Made by a program: the position numbers and the translations under genes. From NCBI RefSeq assembly GCF_001194135.2, contig NC_068999.1, positions 44,311,431-44,345,052 on the forward strand: DNA of 33,622 bases, in the 5' to 3' direction. The stretch is from Octopus bimaculoides. Its lineage: Eukaryota. This document shows, piece after piece, positions 23,259 to 33,622 of the stretch. A model generated the notes under the pieces. It saw only the letters and a list, made by a program, of their open reading frames with translations, was not told the origin of the DNA and made no database searches. The number at the start of each line of letters is the position of its first letter. Position 1 is the first letter of the stretch.

Positions 23259-23778
23259 GGCAGCGAGCTGGCAGAAACGTTAGCACGCCGGGTGAAGTGC
23301 TTAGCGGTATTTCGTCTGCCGTTGCGTTCTGAGTTCAAATTCCGCCGAGGTCGACTTTGCCTTTCATCCATTTCGGGATCGATAAATCAAGTACCAGTTA
23401 CGCACTGGCGTCGATGTAATCGACTTAATCCCTTTGTCTGTCCTTGTTTGTCCACTCTATGTTTGCCCCCTTGTGGGCAATAAAGAAATAAGAAACGTTA
23501 GCTCACCGGGCGAAATGCTTAGTGGTGTTTCGTCTGTCTTTACGTTCTGAGTTCAAATTCCGCCGAGGTCGACTTTGCCTTTCGTCCATTTCGGGATCGA
23601 TAAATCAAGTACCAGTTACGCACTGGCGTCGATGTAATCGACTTAATCCCTTTGTCTGTCCTTGTTTGTCCACTCTATGTTAGGCCCCTTTTGGGCAATA
23701 AAGAAATAAGAAACGTTAGCACGCCGGGCGAAATGCTTAGCGGTATTTCGTCTGTCTTTACGTTCTGAGCTCAAATTC
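23259..23778 (+). mobile_element. SINE family A (tail type 1) head-to-tail array, about 2.3 units of 218 bp
   Basis: agaaacgttagc recurs at 23273, 23491 and 23709 (period 218). Each unit has an A-box-like head, the B box gagttcaaattcc, the core and the AATAAA-containing tail. Confidence 0.95.
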
Positions 23779-24571
23779 TTCTGCTACCACTAATACTACT
23801 ACTAATATTAATACTGATACTACTTCCACCACAACTGCTACTACTACTACTACTTTTGCTGCTGCTGCTGCTACTACAACTACAGACCACAAAATTCATA
23901 CTACCCTCCTCCTCTTTTCATAACCAATATCCTTCCCTCCCTCTGGCTATGGCTGTGTGTACTGCATAATACATACACATATCTATGAACGCTTCCTCAT
24001 ACATACACACATACATACATGAATACATACATACATACATGCATGCACACACGCATACATTTATACGTTCATATGTATGTATGTGTATGCGTGTGCCTGG
24101 ATATATATATATATGTATATATGTATATATATATATATATATATNNNNNNNNNNNNNNNNNNNNNNNNNNNNNNNNNNNNNNNNNNNNNNNNNNNNNNNN
24201 NNNNNNNNNNNNNNNNNNNNNNNNNNNNNNNNNNNNNNNNNNNNNNNNNNNNNNNNNNNNNNNNNNNNNNNNNNNNNNNNNNNNNNNNNNNNNNNNNNNN
24301 NNNNNNNNNNNNNNNNNNNNNNNNNNNNNNNNNNNNNNNNNNNNNNNNNNNNNNNNNNNNNNNNNNNNNNNNNNNNNNNNNNNNNNNNNNNNNNNNNNNN
24401 NNNNNNNNNNNNNNNNNNNNNNNNNNNNNNNNNNNNNNNNNNNNNNNNNNTATACAGGCACACACACATATATAAGCATATATATAAGTATACATATATG
24501 TGGATGTGTGCGTATATATTTATATGTCTGTGTGTGTGTTTATATATGTATGAATGTATGTATGCATATAC

Positions 24572-24602
<31 letters not shown>

Positions 24603-25258
24603 GTATTGCACTTTGAATTAATTTATAGCCGTCGTTCTCATAGAGTATATTTTAGCCATTTAACAGAATTCAGTGAAGTGTGGATCTAAGAAAATGATTG
24701 ATAGATGTTCAATCAGTCTTTAAGAGAACACATTTCTTTAGAATAGAAAGCAAAAAGAAAGTTGCCTCAAAAATGACTCCAGTCTATATAATTCAATGTT
24801 TGCTACGTCAGACTGTAACCGATAACCTAAATTCATCTTCTGTTTTTACCTCTTAACCTCTTCATTTTTTCCTATTCATCTTCTTACTCTCACCGTATTG
24901 TTTCTTTTTCTCTTCTCGTGTTTGTCTTATTCTTAGTTTGTTTTTTTTTTTATTATGTTTTTCTTCTTATTCGTCTTCGATTATTCCTCTCCAGTCTACC
25001 ATTGTTTACTTCTTTTAATTTTTTTTTATTCTTTTCCGAAGTCTTTTCATTTTGATTGAAAACATTTATTTCCAATTTAGTATAATTTATCATTTTCTTC
25101 CGATTTATCAATTCGAATACCCATTAAGATATTTTTCATAATTCTCAATTGAAATTTTCTTTACTTCAAAAAAAAAAAAAATAAGCTCTACCTTGTAAAC
25201 CTCGATAATCTTTTTACCAAATATGTTCCACCTACAAGAAAACCCTAGTGTATAAACA

Positions 25259-25360
25259 GGGATGGTTTTGTAGTAAGAGGTTTTCTTCCCAACCACATAG
25301 ACCCGGGCTCAGTTCCACTGTGTACCACCTTTAGCAAGTCTCTGTTACCATATACCCCAG
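25259..25360 (+). mobile_element. SINE family B 5' head fragment
   Basis: ttcccaaccacatagacccgggctcagttccactgtg...cctttagcaagt aligns with the reverse complement of about 18025-18100. Confidence 0.75.
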
Positions 25361-25786
25361 AGCAATATGGAGAAACTATTTTCGTTGCTACCTTTCTTAC
25401 CATTAATATAATATATTGAATCAATATATACTGCGTGGCAAAATGAATGATCAAGGTGTGCAGTAGAAATTATGTAATTTATTTCATTTACCCAGAAACT
25501 GACAGGGTGTTTACCGAATCGAGTTTCACGCCAATGCGATCGTCAGGTGATGATTGTGCGACACGGAGAACAAACTCTCGCTTTCAGTTTCAGTTTCAGT
25601 AAGAAAATACATACATATATACATACATATATACATATATATTTTTATATATATATATATATATACATAAACTCCAGCAAAGAGAAAATCCGCATAGTAA
25701 TTACGGCGTGAGTTAATAATAGGCTGTTGAATTCTGGCTGTTTCTTACATTACACCAACTCCAACTGGAAACGACTTGCACAGATG

Positions 25787-26001
25787 TACGAGGGGTGATA
25801 AAAATCTCCTCCCTTTAAGGGTATCACGCAAGACCTTGCTGGAGGCCCCACCTTACGAGTTCTTTTACAGGGTTTAGAAAAACTGATGGGTCGCTAAGGT
25901 GTAAGAATCTGAAAGGAGAAATGTTGAATAAAATCAGAATTATCAGATCCCCTTGTATTTTCTTTTACCCAAAGACAGGAAATGTTCAGCACTCTTTCAT
26001 G
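25787..26001 (+). mobile_element. Mariner-type MITE remnant
   Basis: It begins TACGAGGGG (mariner-type terminus) and ends in a decayed inverted copy (aaagacaggaaatgttcagcactctttca). The interior retains a frameshifted mariner C-terminus-like string LQGLEKLMGR...NLKGE.VE*. Confidence 0.6.
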
Positions 26002-26420
26002 CATTAAAATCTAACGGTTATTAAGCCTATACCCTCTCTGTCTCTCTCTCTCTCTCTCTTTCACAGACACAAACACACGTACATATACTCATANNNNNNN
26101 NNNNNNNNNNNNNNNNNNNNNNNNNNNNNNNNNNNNNNNNNNNNNNNNNNNNNNNNNNNNNNNNNNNNNNNNNNNNNNNNNNNNNNNNNNNNNNNNNNNN
26201 NNNNNNNNNNNNNNNNNNNNNNTCGAGTTCTTTTAGTTAAAAAAAAAAAAAATGAAATGATAGAAAAAATGTCAAATTTCTGTTTTCATCTCAAGATCTA
26301 TATTGTGTCTTGCACTAAGAAACCTGGATTTTAAGTAGAAAACTAAGGAAACAGATAAATATATATACGTGGAATGGTAAGAAGTTAGGATAAAATTGAA
26401 GATTAAACTCCCGTAACTTA

Positions 26421-26457
<37 letters not shown>

Positions 26458-26539
26458 CACACACACACACACATCCATATATATGTCATACATTTATACA
26501 CATAATATATATATATGTATGTGTGTGTGTGTGTGTGTA

Positions 26540-26592
<53 letters not shown>

Positions 26593-27197
26593 CACACACG
26601 TTTGTATATTTGTATAACCGTATATACTTGTATATTTCTGTTTTCTCTTTCGTTGTGATATTGATGCTACGCTTCTAGGGCTGTAGAAAGGAAGAAAAGC
26701 ACCCTGTGTTTGAGAATGGGAAGGGTTTGTACGTTCCGTTTATTATTGTTTATATAATATTACGTATTTAAGGGTCAGAGAGAACGTTTTAATGTTTGCA
26801 GTTAAATTTGTTAAAGCGAGGGTGTTTGAAATTTGGGAGGATTTTTTACGTATAAATTTGAAAGATGAAAGGGATTATATAAGGTCCCTAAAAACACCCG
26901 AAAAATCAAATGGAGATAAAGAACGTAGTTTGAAATGAATCTGTGAAAATTCACTGAGTGTTGTTCATCCATCGTCGTTTGAGAGATGTCTACGATATGA
27001 GGATACCGTGAGAGTAAGAAAAGGGGAAACTAGATAATAAGAAGAGGAGAGAGAGTGAGAGGGAGAGAGAGAATAAGGGAGGGAAGATAGATATTTCGTG
27101 TGAAACAGAGAGATAAGGGGGAAGTTGAGCGCAACTGATAAAGAGGTAAAAGGAAATGGGGATTATATTTATTTAAGAAAGATGTTAGGTAACAAGA

Positions 27198-27222
27198 TCT
27201 ATCTATCAATCTATCTATCTAC

Positions 27223-27278
<56 letters not shown>

Positions 27279-27280
27279 TA

Positions 27281-27349
<69 letters not shown>

Positions 27350-27996
27350 NNNNNNNNNNNNNNNNNNNNNNNNNNNNNNNNNNNNNNNNNNNNNNNNNNN
27401 NNNNNNNNNNNNNNNNNNNNNNNNNNNNNNNNNNNNNNNNNNNNNNNNNNNNNNNNNNNNNNNNNNNNNNNNNNNNNNNNNNNNNNNNNNNNNNNNNNNN
27501 NNNNNNNNNNNNNNNNNNNNNNNNNNNNNNNNNNNNNNNNNNNNNNNNNNNNNNNNNNNNNNNNNNNNNNNNNNNNNNNNNNNNNNNNNNNNNNNNNNNN
27601 NNNNNNNNNNNNNNNNNNNNNNNNNNNNNNNNNNNNNNNNNNNNNNNNNNNNNNNNNNNNNNNNNNNNNNNNNNNNNNNNNNNNNNNNNNNNNNNNNNNN
27701 NNNNNNNNNNNNNNNNNNNNNNNNNNNNNNNNNNNNNNNNNNNNNNNNNNNNNNNNNNNNNNNNNNNNNNNNNNNNNNNNNNNNNNNNNNNNNNNNNNNN
27801 NNNNNNNNNNNNNNNNNNNNNNNNNNNNNNNNNNNNNNNNNNNNNNNNNNNNNNNNNNNNNNNNNNNNNNNNNNNNNNNNNNNNNNNNNNNNNNNNNNNN
27901 NNNNNNNNNNNNNNNNNNNNNNNNNNNNNNNNNNNNNNNNNNNNNNNNNNNNNNNNNNNNNNNNNNNNNNNNNNNNNNNNNNNNNNNNNNNNNNNN

Positions 27997-28042
<46 letters not shown>
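27198..28042. repeat. (CTAT)n-(CT)n, gap 27350-27996, (AG)n
   Basis: Read directly from the sequence. Confidence 0.9.
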
Positions 28043-28047
<5 letters not shown>

Positions 28048-28543
28048 TTTTGTTTGAGGTAGATTTATAAAGAATAAACTCAAGATAACCAGATTTGATT
28101 TAAAGTGAAGTGACACGGCTGTAAGAAATAAGGGATGAGAGGATAGCGAAATTGAAGGAAATTATGCAAGAGAAATAACAATCAGAGTTGGAATGGTAAA
28201 AATATAATGAATGACGATACGAAAAAAAAACAAGACTCAAGGATTTCTAAAGAGTCTGGTCTCCGGAATCTAATCGCTTTCTGTCGAAATGAATTTCAAA
28301 GTTCTTTCAGAAGTCGTCGGAGCTGAATAGATGTTACCAAAGTTGAATAACATTAAAGAGATATTTAACGCATCAGTTTAACAGCACTGCGACTCTGAAC
28401 AAATATAAATATATATATGTTCATGTATAAATACACACACACACACACACACACCCACCCCCCACCCCCCACACACACACATACACACGCACATGCGAAT
28501 ACAAATACAGATATAATTACATAGGTCCATATATACGTGCATA

Positions 28544-28580
<37 letters not shown>

Positions 28581-29012
28581 CTGTGTATGTGTGTATGTGT
28601 AANNNNNNNNNNNNNNNNNNNNNNNNNNNNNNNNNNNNNNNNNNNNNNNNNNNNNNNNNNNNNNNNNNNNNNNNNNNNNNNNNNNNNNNNNNNNNNNNNN
28701 NNNNNNNNNNNNNNNNNNNNNNNNNNNNNNNNNNNNNNNNNNNNNNNNNNNNNNNNNNNNNNNNNNNNNNNNNNNNNNNNNNNNNNNNNNNNNNNNNNNN
28801 NNNNNNNNNNNNNNNNNNNNNNNNNNNNNNNNNNNNNNNNNNNNNNNNNNNNNNNNNNNNNNNNNNNNNNNNNNNNNNNNNNNNNNNNNNNNNNNNNNNN
28901 NNNNNNNNNNNNNNNNNNNNNNNNNNNNNNNNNNNNNNNNNNNNNNNNNNNNNNNNNNNNNNNNNNNNNNNNNNNNNNNNNNNNNNNNNNNNNNNNNNNN
29001 NNNNNNNNNNNN

Positions 29013-29049
<37 letters not shown>

Positions 29050-29105
29050 ATGTGTGTGTGTGTATATATATATACATATGTGTGTGTGTGTGTGTGTGTG
29101 TGATC

Positions 29106-29276
29106 TTTTCTACTCTGTCACACGGCCCGAAATTTTGGGGGAGGGGGCCAGTCGATTAGATCGACGCCAGTACGCAACTGAGGCTTAATTTATCGACGCC
29201 GAAAGGATGAAAGGCAAAGTCGACCTCGGCGCAATTTGAACTCAGAACGTAAAGACAGACGAAATACCGCTAAGCA
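29106..29276 (-). mobile_element. SINE family A, tail type 2, 5'-truncated
   Basis: ttttctactctgtcacacggcccgaaattttgggggagggggccagtcgattagatcgac...aaaggcaaagtcgacctcggc...gaaataccgctaagca. Confidence 0.9.
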
Positions 29277-29285
29277 AGAATTAGA

Positions 29286-29392
29286 GACCCTGCGATGGAC
29301 TGGCACCCCGCCTAGGTGGAGAATATGTACGCTTCACCAACCAGGAAATTGCCCTTTTGAGCCTATGGTTGGAGAAGGACTTTGGATCTTTT
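29286..29392 (+). mobile_element. SINE family C 3' half (tail type 1), diverged
   Basis: ccctgcgatggactggcacccc...aaccaggaaattgccctt.tgagcctatgg aligns to the reverse complement of about 10235-10325. Confidence 0.6.
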
Positions 29393-30616
29393 ACACGCAC
29401 GCATACACACTCGCACAAACACATACACACACATACACACATTCACACAGATACACACATACGCACATTCATACACGCATACACACAACCACACAAACAC
29501 AGACACACATCCTAACTTATATTAAAGTAGGTGTTACTGGAGACGCATCCACTCCAGTTTATGAGATGCTGATTACACGGGGGCCTTGGTTGTCCAGCAA
29601 GCCTTTGTGTTTTATATCCAAAGGTAAAATGGATCTGCGAGAATTTCTTCTGTCACAAAGGAACCATTTTCAGTGAGCAAAGCGCATAATGTGAAGAAAG
29701 AAAGGCCGCATCACTTTCCTGGATCAATTGAAATTCACAACCCATCCAACAGTCACCAAAGAGCTGATGCAGGGTGCATATGAAAGGCAGAAAACCTTAC
29801 AGGTGATGAATAGATGAAATAGGATATCAGATCTGATTACAAGGATCATAAAAAGGATTGGTTATCAGGGAAGTTTGCCCCGATGTTGGTTTGCTCTGCT
29901 TAGCATTTGACAGATTGCAAAACCTAGGTATTAGCGTGGCCACTTTACAGAATGAGCTGCTCTCGCAAATTCCTCGATTAATCATTTTTGAATACTGCAT
30001 GAAGGAAGTGAATAGACAACACAATCAGAAATGATATATATGCTCTGATCGACGTATTTGGAAGATTCTTACTTACATGTAGGTAGCTTGACCCAATAAT
30101 TTGACCGTATTTAAACCGTGTGTTTATTTTACCCTTTTAATTATGCAATGTAATCATTTGTACGGTTTTTATTTTATAGATTTCCAACCATCTCACCACA
30201 GCCATTGCAAATTGTCTTTCAGCCCTCCCATCGCTTATAACGTATAACATGTTCGTCCTACGCAGCAACTCTTTGTAAGCCCTCCTTTTAACGTTTCATG
30301 TTTGTATGTATGAATGAATTTCATGTAATTGCCCTCGGCGGTTAAATAAAGTGAGGATTATTATTGTTATTATCGTTGATGTTGTTGTTCTTAGTGGTGG
30401 TGTTGCTGTTGTTGTTGTTATTATTATTACTAATGGTCGTTTTGCGGTTGCTGTTAATTATGCTATTACTACATTAATAGTCAATCGAGCAATAACCAAT
30501 ATGGCCATCAGAAGATCAAAGTGAAGAACGAAGGGGAGCGAACAGCCTCGTTTTGTACTGGTTAGCAGGAAATAAAAGCGCGCTATAATTGTGTGGTTAA
30601 AGTTAATATAAAAGGG

Positions 30617-30713
<97 letters not shown>

Positions 30714-31629
30714 GTTCCACACTCGTGTGTGTCATTGACTGTGATTAAAGAACGTTTATGATAGCCTTGTGGAATCGAAGTGTGTGTTATTGAACACAGG
30801 CAATTATATACGTAGAAGTTAGACTCTGAGCCAACCTCTACATGGTTGTTGTAAATGCTAGGAAATAACAACCAGATATGATGTCTCACATAACGAGCGA
30901 GCAACGGAGCAACTATCATGTTACCTGCTCTGCTAGAAATATCAGTCGAGTATCCTGGCAATGAGCCTACCGGATTAAAAGAGATGTTTATGTGTATATT
31001 AGATGATGTTTCTATTTTATACATGATAAGTGGTATAAAGAAATGTGTTTAAGGGATTGGCTTTCTGGGAAGGTTTTAGAATATATTAATGGTTCAGTCA
31101 TAGACGATTTTTATGGCTTCATGCCGTCTTGGGGTATATGAAAATGGACACATTACATGATGTCTGATAAGACGTTCCTGCCGCAACCACTACTATATCT
31201 AGCACTACAAATGGCCACAGAGTGATCCTGTTTTTGGATCGTTGTTCAATCACAATTATTCTCATGAGGGAAGGCTGTATTCAACCAACGAACAAAGCAA
31301 AAATAGCAACAAGAAAGCAACAACAGAAATAACGAAAAAAACATCAACAACAAATTAAAACAAAAAGCACCCACAAAAACACGAACATCAGCAACAATAT
31401 CAAAACTAGCAACAACGACAGCAAGGACAACAAAAAAAAAGAATAGCAGACCAAAAAATCTAATTCGTGAAATGTTCCTTATTTTCGCCAACGCCATTTA
31501 AATGTTTCGTTGCATTTAGTTAAGATTATTTTGGCAAATACTGACAAGCTTAACATTGCGTTTTCCCGTGAGAGATAGTCGTTGTGTGAATACATGAAGT
31601 ACCACTCAAACACGTTGTTTGCTTTAATT

Positions 31630-31960
31630 CAGTGGCTCTCAATCGGGGTCCCTATGACCCTTGAATGTCCATAGAATATTTTGGTGGGGTGAAAGCAACA
31701 AAATAGTAAATTGAGGATCTACAACAGTATTTTAAAGACACCTGAAGATATTTTGCTTTCGATTGTATGTATTGGTATGTATAGCAAGAAACAGCTGAGT
31801 TTCTTTCTCTGACATTTTACATATTTCAACCTACACAAGTTAATGTGCGAAAAACAAAATTAGAATTTTGAAAGGAATATTCTGGGTTATAGGATAAGGG
31901 CCACGAGAATAAAATAGTAATCAAAGGGGTCCATTGATAAAAAATGGTTGAGAATCCCTA
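31630..31960. mobile_element. hAT (Charlie/MER5-like) MITE
   Basis: Terminal inverted repeats CAGTGGCTCTCAATC / GGTTGAGAATCCCTA, with subterminal GGGGTCC at both ends. The flanking 8-mers ctttaatt and cttccatg match at 5/8 (decayed TSD). Confidence 0.7.
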
Positions 31961-32047
31961 CTTCCATGAAAGGTAGAATATAAGTAACAAATTAAATCCA
32001 AAGTAATAATACATTGTAATAAACATTGTCTATTTACTTATCAGTAC

Positions 32048-32089
<42 letters not shown>

Positions 32090-32380
32090 TTATATATATA
32101 TATCGAGAAAGGGCGCTTTGCTCTAATAGTTTTGTTTTTCCGAGGTACCGTGGTATTTCTTCGTAGGTTTTACTTTCCACGGATGACCCTAGTCTATGTT
32201 ATATTTCTCCCCCTTTTAGGAATTTCTGTTGTTAAAACGCTACTTTGTAATCTCTTTGTGTACACGTCCCAAAACGTTTTCGGTCCTTAATCTGAATTTT
32301 TGTTCCTTATTGAAATTATATATATAAAAATACGAACAATGCTAATACGGACTATAACTGTGTATGTGTGAGTGTATATG

Positions 32381-32434
<54 letters not shown>

Positions 32435-32435
32435 T

Positions 32436-32466
<31 letters not shown>

Positions 32467-33112
32467 AGTAAAAATAAATACAAAAAAATGGTTTTGTATG
32501 ATCGTGTATAGAGGAATATATTATCTTATTTAAAAGAGTTCCAACTCTGTCTGTTTTTTATGTTTTTTATTTATATTGTTGTAAAATTTATGTGGGATAT
32601 AGAATATGGAATATATAATATATAATATAAAAAAAGATGGATGGTACAATGAAATGAAGTATTGAATGTCTTATTGAATATATGGAATATGTCTTATTGA
32701 ATATATGAAATATTGAGTGTTCAATATAAAGGATTAAATATATAAATAGATAAAGGCGAATACGTATTTTCTATACCTTGTGGTATTTCATCATGGCCGG
32801 TATGGCAGACTGTAACATATATATATATATACGTAACCATATACACGCATACGTATACATCTAGTGGTTAGAAGTAATACAAAGCAAAACCAACAAAGAC
32901 ATTAATGGCGACAACACCAACCACAACAACAAACACATCAAAACAAAACCAACAAGATACATAATAACAAAGAATTAAAAGCGAGCCAGAACGACAGCAA
33001 TGACAGAAGCAGACAATGGAGTAGAAAACAACAAGATCAATAAACAAGAGACAACGACATCAGCTGTAACATGAACAATGATGTATACTCACAAAACAAG
33101 AAAATATGAATC

Positions 33113-33125
33113 TAACAACACCAAC

Positions 33126-33183
<58 letters not shown>

Positions 33184-33188
33184 GCAAT
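33113..33188. repeat. (ACC)n/(AAC)n microsatellite
   Basis: Read directly from the sequence. Confidence 0.9.
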
Positions 33189-33404
33189 AACAGGGTCGAT
33201 GACAAACATATAAAGATTAATAAGTGACCTCCATGATATGATAGTAATAAACAAAAAAAAACTATTTGCAACAGCAGCAAACTCTTTCAACATTGATAAT
33301 AAATAAATAATAAATTAATAGTAAATTAATAATGCAATTTTAAAAAAGTCTAAAGAGAATAACGCGTTTGTGTGTATGCCTGTGCATTAGTATCTGTGTA
33401 TATG

Positions 33405-33437
<33 letters not shown>

Positions 33438-33622
33438 CTGTGTGTGTGTATGTATGTGTATATAGACGTGTATATATATGTGTGTATATATGTATATATA
33501 TATATATATATATATACATACACATATATATGTGTATATATATATATATATATATACACACGCATATCTAGGTATATATATATATATACATATATATATA
33601 TGATATATATATATACATATAT

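Larger units (their letters stand above)
1055..29012. other. Ten scaffold gaps (N runs) within this span: 1055-1116, 2843-3316, 5573-6129, 6718-7279, 19132-19527, 20223-20275, 24145-24450, 26094-26222, 27350-27996, 28603-29012
   Basis: N runs, mostly bordered by dinucleotide microsatellites. Their content is unknown. Confidence 0.95.

Noticed and set aside
23259-23778. Possible CRISPR array or hammerhead-bearing retrozyme array
   Set aside because: There is no repeat-spacer architecture (whole units repeat), the context is eukaryotic, and I found no CUGANGA core on either strand of the unit.
29704-29790. GRITFLDQLK...ELMQGAYER, faintly like an RTE/RTEX ORF C-terminus
   Set aside because: Too short and degenerate to call without a profile search.
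100-33571. Dozens of ORF-track entries (poly-HT, YI, CV, LS/ER, poly-I/N/L/S and X-filled ORFs)
   Set aside because: They are translations of microsatellites or N runs and not genes.

Overview
This is AT-rich, microsatellite-saturated eukaryotic non-coding DNA with ten assembly gaps (about 3.6 kb of N), most of them abutting (TA)n or (CA)n tracts. The repeat landscape resembles a coleoid cephalopod (octopus-type) genome, an inference from recall and not from a search. I recognise no intact protein-coding gene, and nearly all ORF-track entries are translations of microsatellites or N runs. Recognisable content: three tRNA-headed SINE-like families (my labels A, B, C) in many copies with interchangeable 3' tails; a head-to-tail 218-bp SINE multimer; short fossil coding fragments of an RTE-clade LINE, an L1/Tx1-type LINE and a hAT transposase; and one hAT-type and one mariner-type MITE. 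The most striking item is a dispersed element (family D, two copies). Its first copy joins a tRNA-like Pol III head, an (AAT)n spacer and a body containing a minimal Type I hammerhead ribozyme motif of the kind found in Penelope-like elements and retrozymes. The second copy has lost the catalytic core by a microhomology deletion but shows a compensatory base-pair change in a downstream stem.
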